From an uncultured Spirochaetota bacterium (GTDB taxonomy: Bacteria; Spirochaetota; Spirochaetia; SZUA-6; CAVTHK01), in the NCBI GenBank assembly GCA_963734495.1, contig CAVTHK010000003.1, positions 256,001 to 320,000 of the forward strand: 64,000 nt of DNA, given 5' to 3'. Below the pieces are notes generated by a model. That model saw only the letters and a list, made by a program, of their open reading frames with translations, did no database searches and was not told where the DNA came from. Both the position numbers and the translations under genes were made by a program. Shown here piece after piece: positions 32,631 through 43,591 of this stretch (position 1 is its first letter; the number at the start of each line of letters is the position of its first letter).

Positions 32631-35024
32631 ATGGAATCCTGCTGCGGGACGCGCTGTCCGGCGGCTCGCCGCTGCGCGCCGGCCCCGGCCGCACGGGCGG
32701 TTGCCGCGCTGGCGGGCAATCCGAACTCGGGCAAGACGACGCTGTTCAACGCCCTCACCGGGAGCCATCAGCGGGTCGGGAACTGGCCGGGAGTGACGGT
32801 CGAACGGAGGGAAGGCGCGCTTGCCGACGGCGGGCGCGAAGCCGTCCGCGTCGTCGATCTTCCCGGCATCTACTCGCTTGCTGCCGGGTCGGAAGACGAG
32901 GTTGCCGCCCGGGACTTCCTCCTGAGCGGCGAGCCCGGCCTCGTGGTGAGCGTCGTCGATGCGACCAGCCTCTCTCGCGGCCTGTTCCTCACCATTGGTC
33001 TCCTCGAGATGAAGGTGCCCGTCCTCGTCGTGCTCACGATGATGGACCTGGCAAGGCGGCGAGGGATCGCGATCGACGCGGAGCATCTCGCGGGTCTCCT
33101 CGACTGCCCTGTCGTGGCCGTCGACGCCACCAGCGCGAAGGACGCCGGGCGGGTCGGGGGCGCCATCCGCGCGGCGCTGGATCTCCGGCGGATCTCATCG
33201 TTCCGCGTGAGCTACGCGCCCGCGATCGAGTCGTGCCTCGCGGAGCTCGGTCCGCTGCTCGCCGGTCTCGCCGCCGGGATCGGCGCGGACGAACGGTGGG
33301 TCGCGCTCGAGCTGATCGGGGGCGACGCGTGGATCGCGCGGCGCGCGGCCGAGGCTTCAGCCGTGACTGAAGAGCATGCGGGCGGCGTCCGCCGCGGCCT
33401 GCGCGCCTCGATCGGCGAGGAGCCGGACGTCGCGGTCGCGGACGCGCGGTTCGCCCTGGCGCGCTCGCTGTCGGGCCCGGCGTCGCGGGAGCCCGCCGCG
33501 CGGGGGACGGTGACCGAGAGGGTGGACCGCGTGCTGCTCAACCGCTTCCTCGCCCTCCCGATCTTTCTCGCGGCGATGTACCTGACGTTCTGGTTCACGA
33601 TGAGCGTCGGGGGCGCTTTCGTCGGTTTCTTCGACCGGATCGCGGGCACGCTCTTTGTCGACGGTCCCGCCGCGCTGCTCGCCGGCGCCGGGGCCCCCGG
33701 CTGGCTCATCGCCCTGGCCGCAGGAGGGCTCGGCGCAGGCCTGCGCGCCGTGGCGGCGTTCGTGCCGGTCCTCTTCGCCATGTTTCTTGCGCTCGCCGCG
33801 CTCGAGGAGTCCGGCTACATGGCGCGGGCCGCCTTCGTCATGGACCGCATCATGCGATGCGTCGGCCTTCCCGGGAGGGCGTTCGTGCCGATGATGGTGG
33901 GGTTCGGGTGCACGGTCCCTGCGATCATGAGCACCCGCACCCTCGAGACCCGGCGCGACCGGTTCATGACGATCTTCATGGCGCCGAGCATGTCCTGCGG
34001 CGCGAGGCTGCCGGTCTACGCGTTCTTCGCGGCTGCATTCTTTCCGGACGCTTCCGGAGCGGTGGTCTTCTCGCTCTACGCCGCCGGTGTCCTCGTGGCG
34101 CTGCTGACCGGTCTTCTGCTCAAATCGACGCTGTTCCGCGGCGCGGAGTCCTGCTTCGTCATGGAGCTGCCGCCGTATCACGTGCCGCGGGTGCGCGCTG
34201 CGGTCGCTCAGGCGTCGTTCAGGCTCAAGGGGTTCGTGATGAGGGCGGGCGCCGCAATCGCCCTGATCGCGACCGTTCTCGGGCTGGCGAACACCATCTC
34301 CGCGGGCGGACTCCCGGCGCGCGGCGGCCGCGGCGAGACGGTCCTGTCCGCGGCGGGCAAGGTCGTCGCCCCCGTCTTCGAGCCGATGGGCGTCCGCGGC
34401 GACAACTGGCCGGCCGCGGTGGCGCTGCTCACCGGCCTGTTTGCTAAGGAAGCGGTGGTGGGGACGCTGAGCTCCCTCTACGGCCAGGGCGGGGCGGTGG
34501 AGCGGGCGGCCTCCTTTGATCCGATCGCCCGTATCCGCGAGGCCCTGGCTTCGGTCCCTGTCGGGCTGGCGCAGGCCGCGGCGCGCCTGGTCGACCCGCT
34601 GGGGCTTCGGGCGGGCGGCGCTGCGCCCCGGGACGCCGGAACGTTCGCTCGCCTGCGCGAGCGCTTCAGCCCCGCGGCTGCATACGCGTACCTGCTGTTC
34701 GTGCTGCTGTATTTCCCCTGCGTGGCGTCCATGGGTGCGGCGCTGCGGGAGATGGGAGCGGGCCTGGCCCTGGCCCTTGCCGGCTACCTCACGGCAGTCG
34801 CGTGGTCAGTGGCGACGCTGTTCTATCAGCTTGCGGCGGGGCCGAGGCCGCTGCCCGTCGCGCTCGCGCTCGCGGTGGCAGCCGCCGTGGTGGGTGTCTT
34901 TGCTCTGGCGGGAAGGAGCGGCCGCGACGCCGCGGCCGCTCCGATGGATCTGCCTACAGCCGCGACCGGGCCGCGTAGTGCGTGTGCAGCAGGTGATGCG
35001 AGCGCTCCCCGAGCGGCTCTTTGA
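32631..35024 (+). CDS. feoB: Ferrous iron transport protein B
   Basis: GNPNSGKTT, VGNWPGVTVE, DLPG, LEESGYMAR, GFGCTVP, MSCGARLP, FVMELP, AKE, LYFPC. Confidence 0.95.
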   Translation: MESCCGTRCPAARRCAPAPAARAVAALAGNPNSGKTTLFNALTGSHQRVGNWPGVTVERREGALADGGREAVRVVDLPGIYSLAAGSEDEVAARDFLLSGEPGLVVSVVDATSLSRGLFLTIGLLEMKVPVLVVLTMMDLARRRGIAIDAEHLAGLLDCPVVAVDATSAKDAGRVGGAIRAALDLRRISSFRVSYAPAIESCLAELGPLLAGLAAGIGADERWVALELIGGDAWIARRAAEASAVTEEHAGGVRRGLRASIGEEPDVAVADARFALARSLSGPASREPAARGTVTERVDRVLLNRFLALPIFLAAMYLTFWFTMSVGGAFVGFFDRIAGTLFVDGPAALLAGAGAPGWLIALAAGGLGAGLRAVAAFVPVLFAMFLALAALEESGYMARAAFVMDRIMRCVGLPGRAFVPMMVGFGCTVPAIMSTRTLETRRDRFMTIFMAPSMSCGARLPVYAFFAAAFFPDASGAVVFSLYAAGVLVALLTGLLLKSTLFRGAESCFVMELPPYHVPRVRAAVAQASFRLKGFVMRAGAAIALIATVLGLANTISAGGLPARGGRGETVLSAAGKVVAPVFEPMGVRGDNWPAAVALLTGLFAKEAVVGTLSSLYGQGGAVERAASFDPIARIREALASVPVGLAQAAARLVDPLGLRAGGAAPRDAGTFARLRERFSPAAAYAYLLFVLLYFPCVASMGAALREMGAGLALALAGYLTAVAWSVATLFYQLAAGPRPLPVALALAVAAAVVGVFALAGRSGRDAAAAPMDLPTAATGPRSACAAGDASAPRAAL

Positions 35025-36726
35025 GCCACGTCTCGTAGAGCTTCTGGATGTCGGGGTTGAGGTGGCTCTTGCGCAGCGTCTTGCCCTCGTCCTCGCGGTA
35101 GATCGCAGCGATGCGGGCCTTGCGCACCTCATCGGTGGTAAAGCGCGGCTGGCCGCCGCCGCCGATGCAGCCGCCGGGGCAGGTCATCACTTCGACAAAG
35201 TGGTACTGGCCGGCGCCGCTCTTGATCCTCTCCATCAGGATCCGGGCGTTTCCCAGGCCGTGGGCGACCGCGGTCCGCAGCTCGACCCCTTCGAGGAAGC
35301 GCCAGTCGGGAAGCGTCCCTTCGAGCCTGATCGCCGCCTCCTTGACCCCCTGCAGCCCCTCGAGCGGCGTGACGTGGAGGCCGCCGACCGGGATCTCGCG
35401 GCCGGTCACCAGCTCGTACGCGGTGCGCAGCGCCGCCTCCATGACTCCGCCGGTATTGGCAAAGATGTCGGCCGCGCCGGTGGAGAGGCCGAGCGGGGCG
35501 TCCATCTGGTCGTCGGGGAGCGAGACGAAATCGATGCCGGCCCCGTCGATCATCTGGGCGAGCTCGCGCGTCGTGAGCACGTAGTCGACGTCCTGCTGGC
35601 CGCTTGCGTTCATCTCGGGCCGCTGCGCCTCGAACTTCTTGGCCGTGCACGGCATGACCGAGACCACGACGATGTCCTCGGCCCGCCTGCCGATCTGCTC
35701 GGCGTAGAAGGTCTTGGCCAGGGCGCCGAACATCTGCTGCGGGCTCTTGCAGGTCGAGAGGTTCGGCAGGTACTCCGGGTAGAAGTGCTCGGTGTACTTG
35801 ATCCAGCCCGGCGAGCAGCTCGTGAACTGGGGGAGAGCCACCGGGCGCTTCTCGACGAGGGCTTTCTTGAGCCTCATCAGGAGCTCGGTGCCCTCCTCGA
35901 CGATCGTGAGGTCGGCCGTGAAGTTGGTGTCGAAGACCTTGGCGAAGCCGAGCCGCCGCAGGGCGGAGACCATCTTGCCGGTGACCAGCGTGCCGGGCGG
36001 GAGCCCGAAGCACTCCCCGAGGGCGGCGCGGATGGCGGGCGCGGTCTGCACGATGACCACCTTCTTCGGGTCCTCCAGGGCGCGGAAGACGCCGTCGGCG
36101 TGGCTGGACTCCACGATCGCGCCGACGGGGCAGACCGCCGCGCACTGCCCGCACTGCACGCAGGCGACGTCGGCGAGGTTCGCCGCAAAGGCGGGCGCCA
36201 CCTGGGTGCGGTAGCCGCGGTACTGCGGGAAGAGGGCGCCCACGCCCTGCACGTCGTTGCACGCGGTCACGCACCGGCGGCACTTGATGCACTTGCCGGA
36301 GTCGCGGGAAAGAGCCGGCGTGCTGCGGTCGAGCCGCACCGCGGCCTTCTCGCCCGTGTAGCGGATGTCGCGAATCCCGAGCTGGTGGGCGAGCGCCTTG
36401 AGCTCGCAGTCCTCGCTCCGGTCGCAGGTCTGGCAGTCGCCTTCGTGCTCCGACAGCAGCAGCTCGACCACCGTGCGGCGCGCGTTGCGGACGCGGCCCG
36501 TGTTGGTGCGCACCTTCATGCCGTCGGAGGCGGGGGTGGCGCAGGCGGCCGAGAGGGTCTTGGCCCCCTCGACCTCCACGACGCACACGCGGCAGGCTCC
36601 GAGGGGCGCGCGCCCCTCGAGGTGGCAGAGGGTGGGGATGTGGACCCCGGCATCCGTGGCAGCCTGGAGGATGGTCGCGCCGGGGGCGACTTTCGTTTCT
36701 CTGTCGTTGATCGTGACGCTAATCAT
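34954..36726 (-). CDS. hydA: [FeFe]-hydrogenase catalytic subunit, group A3 (HydA/HndD-like)
   Basis: N-terminal 2Fe-2S, His-ligated and 2x[4Fe-4S] domains; H-cluster motifs TSCSPGW, MPCTAKKFE, EVMTCPGGCIGGGGQP; C-terminal small-subunit region with LHTHY. Confidence 0.95.
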   Translation of the reverse strand: MISVTINDRETKVAPGATILQAATDAGVHIPTLCHLEGRAPLGACRVCVVEVEGAKTLSAACATPASDGMKVRTNTGRVRNARRTVVELLLSEHEGDCQTCDRSEDCELKALAHQLGIRDIRYTGEKAAVRLDRSTPALSRDSGKCIKCRRCVTACNDVQGVGALFPQYRGYRTQVAPAFAANLADVACVQCGQCAAVCPVGAIVESSHADGVFRALEDPKKVVIVQTAPAIRAALGECFGLPPGTLVTGKMVSALRRLGFAKVFDTNFTADLTIVEEGTELLMRLKKALVEKRPVALPQFTSCSPGWIKYTEHFYPEYLPNLSTCKSPQQMFGALAKTFYAEQIGRRAEDIVVVSVMPCTAKKFEAQRPEMNASGQQDVDYVLTTRELAQMIDGAGIDFVSLPDDQMDAPLGLSTGAADIFANTGGVMEAALRTAYELVTGREIPVGGLHVTPLEGLQGVKEAAIRLEGTLPDWRFLEGVELRTAVAHGLGNARILMERIKSGAGQYHFVEVMTCPGGCIGGGGQPRFTTDEVRKARIAAIYREDEGKTLRKSHLNPDIQKLYETWLKEPLGERSHHLLHTHYAARSRL

Positions 36727-39700
36727 CGGCTGGCTCCTTGGGGTACTGCGGGGGCTGCGTGCGCCGAGGCGGCCGAGCGGCGCGGCCGCGGCGCACCTGC
36801 TCGAGGGTGAGCTCGGGCGGCGTGATCACCGTCTTCCCGAAGTCGCAGCGCAGGCACCGGCACGCCTGCTTGAGCGCCACGGCCTCGTTCCACGGGAGCT
36901 CGACCTCGTCGAAGTTGTGCCTTCGGCGCTCGACGGCGATCGAGGGCATCTTCTCCCTCGGCGTGGCCACCGGGTCGGCCTCGGGGTCGAAGAACGTGTC
37001 CTCCGTCCTCTCCGTGCGCCAGAAGGCGTTGTAGCCTCCGCTCAGGTACAGGTCCATGGCGACCGCGGCGCGTTCGCCCCCGGCGATCGCTTCGACGACC
37101 GACGACGGGCCGCTGGCCGCGTCGCCGCCGGCGAAGACCCAGTCCAGGGACGTCTGGCCGGTGACCGGATCGGCGGAGATGAAGCCGTCGTCGGTGAGCG
37201 CCACCGCCGCCCCGCCGAGGATCTGCCGCGCGTCCAGCCTCTGGCCGATCGCCGCGATCACCTGGTCGGCCTCGACCTCGAGCTCGGCCGCGCTCGCCTT
37301 GGCGCGCCTGCGGCCGCTCCTGTCGAATTCGCCGAGCGACATGGTGACGCAGCGCAGGCCCGTGATCTTCCTGCCGCGGTCGCGCAGGACCGCGACCGGC
37401 TGCGTGAGCGTCATCAGCTCCACGCCTTCCTGCAGCGCCTCGTCGATCTCTTCGGCATACGCCGGCATCTGCTCGCGGGTGCGGCGGTAGAGGACGGTGA
37501 CCTTTTCCGCCCCGAGGCGCAGCGCCGTGCGCGCAGCGTCGATGGCGGCGTTTCCGCCGCCGATGATCGCGACCTTGCGCCCGACTTCGCACGGAGCCGC
37601 GGATGTTGTACTGCTTGAGGAACGGGACGGCCTGGACGACGCCCGGGCCCTCGGCGCCTTCGATGTCGAGCTCGATGCCTTCGGGCGCACCCACCCCGAG
37701 GAAGACGCTCTCGTAGCCCCAGTTCTTGAGGTCGGCGAGGGTAAAGTCGGCGCCGAGCCTTCGGCCGGTCTCGATGTCGACGCCCATGCGCTCGATCATG
37801 CGGATCTCGCGGGCCATGGTCTCGCGGGGCAGGCGGTAGGCGGGGATCGTCTGGGTGAGCATCCCGCCGGGCGCGGATCTCCGCCTCGAAGACCTTGGGC
37901 TTGTAGCCCAGACGGGCGAGGAAGTAGGCGCATGCGAGGCCGCCGCGGCCCCGCGCCCACGATGGCGATCTTGCGCGCGGCGTTCGCCGCGTTCTCCCGC
38001 ACCTCGGGGAGCTGAATGGTCACCTCCTGGTCGACCATGAAGCGCTTGATCGCCGCGGACGGAGACCGGCGCGTCCAGCGACGTGCGGCGGCACTTGTCC
38101 TCGCAGGTGTGGAAACAGACGCGGCCGCAGACGGCGGCGAACGGGTTGCGCTCGCGGTGCAGCTTGAGCGCCTCGGCGTAGCGCTTCTCGGCAACCAGCG
38201 AGACGAAGCCCGGCACGTTGACCCCCGCGGGGCAGGCGCTCTGGCAGGGCGCGCGCACGAGCGAGGGGCAGACGCCCGCTTCGCAGTGGCGGTCCCGGAT
38301 GTGCTGCTCGTACTCGTGGCGGAAGTGCCGTATGGTGGAGAGCACCGGGTTGGGCGCGGTCTGGCCGAGGCCGCAGAGCGCCGTCTCCTTGATCTGCTGG
38401 CCGAGCTCGACCAGCCGGTCGATGTCCTCCATGTGCCCCTTGCCCGCGCAGATCCGCTCGAGGATCTCGAGCATCCGCTTGGTGCCCACGCGGCAGGGGA
38501 CGCACTTGCCGCACGACTCGTCCTGGACGAACTCCAGGAAGAAGCGCGCGACGTCGACCATGCACGTGTCGTCGTCCATGACGATGAGCCCGCCCGAGCC
38601 CATGATCGCACCGAGCTCGGTGAGGGTCTTGTAGTCGAGCGGGACGTTGAGGTGCTCCTTGGAGATGCAGCCGCCCGACGGACCCCCGACCTGGGCGGCT
38701 TTGAAGGTCTTGCTCCCCTTGATGCCGCCGCCCACGTCGTAGATGAGCTCGCCGAGAGGCGTGCCGATCGGGACCTCGACCAGCCCGGTGTTGTTGACCG
38801 CGCCGGCGAGGGCGAAGACCTTGGTGCCCTTGCTGTCCGCGCTGCCCATGGAAGCGTACCAGGCGGCGCCGTTGAGGATGATGGCGGGGACGTTGTTGTA
38901 GGTCTCTACGTTGTTCAGGACGGTCGGCCTGCCGCGCAGGCCCTTCTGCGCCGGGAACGGCGGGCGCGGCCGAGGCTCGCCGCGCTTGCCCTCGATCGAG
39001 GCCATGAGCGCGGTCTCCTCGCCGCAGACAAAGGCGCCGGAGCCCATGCGGATCGCGAGGTCGAAGGAGAAGCCGGTCCCGAGGATGTCCTCGCCGAGGA
39101 GCCCCCGCTCGCGCGCCTGCTTGAGCGCCGCGTCGAGCCGCTCGACCGCGAGCGGGTACTCGGCCCGCACGTAGATGTACCCGCGGCTCGCCCCGATCGC
39201 GAAGGCGCCGATGACCATGCCTTCGATGACGCTGTGGGGGTCGCCCTCGAGGACGCTGCGGTTCATGAACGCGCCAGGGTCGCCTTCGTCGGCGTTGCAG
39301 AGGATGTACTTCTGTCCGTCCTCGGAGGCCGCCTTGCGCGTGAAGTCCCACTTCATCCAGGTGGGGAAACCGGCGCCGCCCCGGCCGCGAAGGCCCGACC
39401 GCTTGATCTCGTCGATGACCGTTTCGGGGGTCATCTGGGAGAGCACCTTGGCGAGGGCCTGGTAGCCGTCGTTGCCGATGTAGTCCTCGATGTCGAGCGG
39501 GTCGATGCGGCCGCAGTTGCGCAGCACCACCTTGGTCTGCCTGCGGAAATACTCCAGGTCCCGCTCGGTGCGCAGCTGGGCGTCGCCGTCGATCATCGTT
39601 TCCAGGACCTCGGGCACCCTGTCCTCGGTGACCCCTTCGAACCAGGCGCCGCTGGGCTGGAAGACCATGACCGGTCCCTTGGCGCACGGCCCGAGGCAGC

Positions 39701-39974
39701 CGGTCTGCACGATGCGGGCCTTGGCGCCGCGCGCCTCGAGCTCCTTTTCGAGCGCGGCCTTGACCTTGAGCGCGCCCGAAGCGAGGCAGCCGCCGCCGGT
39801 GCAGAGCCGGATCTCCATCTCGGCGGCCCGCGCGTCGCGCGCCTCCTGGACTCTCTTGCGGACGGTGTCGAGCTCCTCGATCGAGCCGATCCTGGCGGGC
39901 CCGGCCGTCCGGCTGGTCGCCTGGCCGACCTTGACCTTCACCTTGGTTTCCTTTCCGCCTTCGCCGAACTTCAT
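36719..39974 (-). CDS. hydB: NuoF/HydB-like diaphorase fused to a GltD/NfnB-like FAD oxidoreductase; frameshifts at about 37590-38060
   Basis: Trx-like 2Fe-2S domain, [32 protein letters not shown]; then PCQSACP, CGRVC..CE.KCRR, IPAYRLP, GGGNAAID, YRR, AGGD, CRCLRCD. Confidence 0.88.
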
Positions 39975-40507
39975 GCCTTCTCCTCCCCCTGCTCGGCCTG
40001 GGTGAGCAGCTCGCGCACGCGCGCAGGCTTGACCCGCTGGTGGACCTCGTCGTTGACCATGACGGCGGGGGCGAGGCCGCACGCTCCGAAGCAGCGGCCG
40101 ATCTCGAGCGAGAACTGGCGGTCGGGCGTCGTCTGCCCGACCTCGATGTGCAGCGTGTCCTGAAGGGACTTCAGCACGTCCTTGCCGCCGCGCACGTAGC
40201 AGGCCGTGCCGAGGCAGACCCGCACGAGGTTCTTGCCGCGCGGAACGGTGGAGAAGTAGGAGTAGAAGGTCACCACCCCGGTGACTTCGCTGTAGGGCTT
40301 CTCGAGCCTGAGCGCGATGTGCTTGAGCACGCACGCGGGCAGGTACCCGAGCAGGTCCTGGGCCTTCTGGAGCACGGGGATCAGGGCGCTGTCCGGATCG
40401 GGGAACTCGTCGATGACGCGATCCAGGATCGCCAGCTGTTCGTCGGCGATCCGTTCCGCTTCCTGCGGCGAGGGATTCGCGACTCCGGGATGCACGGCCT
40501 GGCTCAT
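39971..40507 (-). CDS. hydC: NuoE/HydC-like 2Fe-2S subunit
   Basis: LIPVLQKAQ..GYLP, VTFYSYF, CLGTAC, RCFGACGLAP. Confidence 0.93.
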   Translation of the reverse strand: MSQAVHPGVANPSPQEAERIADEQLAILDRVIDEFPDPDSALIPVLQKAQDLLGYLPACVLKHIALRLEKPYSEVTGVVTFYSYFSTVPRGKNLVRVCLGTACYVRGGKDVLKSLQDTLHIEVGQTTPDRQFSLEIGRCFGACGLAPAVMVNDEVHQRVKPARVRELLTQAEQGEEKA

Positions 40508-40579
40508 GAACACCTCCTAAGGCTTCGCGGGGGGCCCCCAGATCGCCTGCCTCACGGCTACCGGGGCCCTTTTCCCCCG

Positions 40580-40760
40580 ACGCATATGGATTTAATGCTC
40601 CACATGCTCATTTATTAGCTGACCTTTACCGATTGAATGTCACAATACTCTATTTAAGAGTGTTATAGCGCGCACAAAAAGCCTTCTTGTCACATCAATG
40701 ATGCCACAGGCCTCTTTGTCGCGCAATCTATCACGTGTTATTGAGAGTGTCAAACATGTT
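40580..40760. promoter_or_regulatory. AT-rich divergent control region between the hyd and hox operons, with degenerate Rex-like boxes
   Basis: Abrupt drop in GC; GTGTTATAGCGCGCACAA (40660-40677), TTGTCACATCAATGATGC (40687-40704) and TCGCGCAATCTATCACGT (40719-40736) partly match TTGTGAA-N4-TTCACAA. Confidence 0.5.
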
Positions 40761-41059
40761 CCATGTCGCGGGGCGCGATGTCCGCGCTCCCGTGGCGTGA
40801 AGAGGAATGATGCGATTCCATGCTGCGCGCTGCGGCCGGAGCGGAGCAATTCGGGGAGAGTCGGGACGCCAAGCGCTGCCGCGGCTGCCTCGGTTTTGCG
40901 ACTTGACGGCGCGCACGGTTGGGATACTCTGGGGACACGACGTGCGTTCGTTGCTGACCGCGGGTGCGCGCAGTGGGATGGCAGCGTGGGCGACGGCACC
41001 TCACTGATCGACAACGGCGCGACCAGGCGATGAACGGCTGAGACGTCATAGGAGGTCGC

Positions 41060-42827
41060 ATGAGCCAGGTCTGGAGCATCGCCGAAGTGACGGCCCGCTA
41101 CGGGCGGGAGCGCGACAGGCTTCTGGACATCCTCCGTGAGGTTCAGGCCGAGCACGGGTTCGTCTCCGACGAGGCCGTGCGTGAGATCGCGCACGCCCTC
41201 GGCATCCACAAAGTCGAGGTGCACGACGCGGCGACGTTCTACAATTTCCTCTCGCGCAAGCCCAAAGGCCGCACGGTCATCCGCCTCGCCAAGGGCGTGG
41301 TGGAGCGGCAGCATGGCCTGGCCGAGGTGGCCGCCGCCTTCGAGCAGGCGGTGGGCGTGCGCTTCGGGGAGACCACCGCGGACGGCGCCATCAGCCTCGA
41401 GTACACGTCCTGCATCGGGATGAGCGACCAGCCGCCCTCGGCGCTCGTGGACGGCCAGGTCGTGGGAAGCATCCGGCCCGAAGAGGTCCCGGGCATGGTG
41501 GCGGAGCTCCGCGAGCACGGGCACCTCGCCCGCTCGCGCGTCGAAACCAACCTGGTGGTCGCAGGGGCGTGCATCTTCGCCCCCATGGAGCGGGGCCGCG
41601 CCATCCGCTCCGCGGTCAACATAACGCCCGACCAGGTGATCGCCGAGCTCAACCGCGCGAGACTGCGCGGGCGCGGCGGGGCCGGGTTCCCGACCGCGAT
41701 GAAGTGGGACTTCTGCCGCAAGGCGCACGGCCGCGCCCACTACATCGTCTGCAACGCCGACGAAGGCGAGCCGGGGACCTTCAAGGACCGCGTGATCTTC
41801 AGCCTGTCGCGCGACCTCGTGATCGAAGGGCATGACGGTCGCCGCCTACGCAATCGGCGCGAGCTTCGGCCTCCTGTACCTGCGCGGCGAGTACGCCTTT
41901 CTCCAGGAGCGCATCGAGGAGGTCCTCGCGCGGCGCAGGCACCAGGGTCTGCTGGGCAATCACATCTGCGGCAAGGAAGGCTTCGACTTCGACATCCGCG
42001 TCCAGATGGGCGCGGGCGCGTACGTCTGCGGCGAGGAGTCGTCGCTGCTGGAGTCCGCGGAGGGCAAGCGCGGCGCCCCGCGCGACCGCCCGCCGTTCCC
42101 CGTGACCAAGGGCTACCTGGGCCAGCCCACGGCCGTCAACAACGCCGAGACGCTCTGCTGCGCGGCGCGGGTGCTGGAAAAGGGGGCCGGCTGGTTCTCC
42201 GGGATCGGCACCAGGGACTCGACGGGCACCAAGCTCTTCAGCGTCTCCGGCGACTGCACGGCGCCCGGCGTCTACGAGCTGCAGTTCGGGCACGAGCGTC
42301 AACAAGCTGCTCGAGATGGTCGGCGCCGAGGACGTGCAGGCCGTGCAGGTCGGCGGGCCGTCGGGCGCCTGCGTCGCGCCCAAGGACTTCGGCCGCAGGC
42401 TCTGCTTCGAGGACCTGGCGACCGGCGGCTCCGTCATGGTGTTCGGCAAGGACCGGGACCTGCTGCAGGCCGTGCGCGACTTCACCGAGTTCTTCGTCGA
42501 GGAGTCGTGCGGCTGGTGCGCCCCCTGCCGCGCCGGCACGACGCTGCTGCTGCGCATGCTCGAGCGGATCCAGGAGGGGCGGGCCACCCGCGCGGACCTG
42601 CACCAGATGGAAGACCTCGCCGCCACGGTGCAGGCACTGCAGCCGCTGCGGCCTGGGGCAGACCGCGCCCAACCCGTTCGTGACGACGCTGCGCAACTTC
42701 CCGGAGCTGTACCAGGCGCGCCTCGCGCCCCGAGGAGTACGTGCCCGCGCTCCGCCTGGAGGAGGCGCTCGCGGCGGGCGAGCGCGCCGCGGGCCGGCGC
42801 GCCGCGACCAGGGAGGCCGGCGAATGA
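41060..42827 (+). CDS. hoxF: NAD-reducing [NiFe]-hydrogenase diaphorase large subunit (NuoE-NuoF fusion); frameshifted
   Basis: [60 protein letters not shown]. Confidence 0.9.
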
Positions 42828-43539
42828 ACACCAAGGTCACCTTCGTGCTGGACGGCCGCGACGTCGAGGCCAAGCCGGGCCAGACGATCCTGGAGGCGGC
42901 GGACGCCGCGGGCATCTACATCCCGCGGCTGTGCTACCACGAGGACCTGCGTGCCCGGCGGCCACTGCCGGATCTGCTCGGTCAAGGTCAACGGGAAGGT
43001 CACCAACGCGTGCACCATGCCCGTCATGGACGGGATGGTGGTCGAGAAGCGACACGCCGGAGCTGACCGCTCACCGCAAGCGGATCGTCGAGATGCTCTT
43101 CGTGGAGGGCAATCACTTCTGCCCCATCTGCGAGAAGAGCGGCAGCTGCGAGCTGCAGGCGCTGGCGTACCGGTTCGGGATGACGGCGCCGACCTACCCG
43201 TACCTGCCGCGGCTCCGCGGCGGTGGACGCGAGCGCACCCCGACGTGTTCATCGACCGCAACCGCTGCGTGCTGTGCGGCCGGTGCGTGCGCGCCTCGCG
43301 CGACCGCGACCACAAGGGCGCTGTTCGGCTTCGAGGGCCGGGGCGTCTGCGCATGCGGGTCGTCGTGGATTCGCTCGACGGCCTCGGCGGCACGGCCCTG
43401 GTGCGCGAGGACGCGGCCGCCGCCATCTGCCCGACGGGCAGCATCGTCGTGAAGCGCGTCGGCTACGCGACGCCGTACGGCAGGCGGCACGTACGACAAG
43501 GCGCCGATCGGCTCGGAGATCGAGAAGAAGGGGTCCTGA
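42824..43539 (+). CDS. hoxU: NAD-reducing hydrogenase diaphorase small subunit; frameshifted
   Basis: [45 protein letters not shown]. Confidence 0.9.
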
Positions 43540-43591
43540 GGCCGGCCGACGGCGCGACCGGCCCTGAGGCCGCACGAAAAGGGGGAACAGC

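Noticed and set aside
40640-41079. Short ORFs in the hyd/hox intergenic region
   Set aside because: No RBS or motif support and atypical composition; better explained as regulatory DNA.
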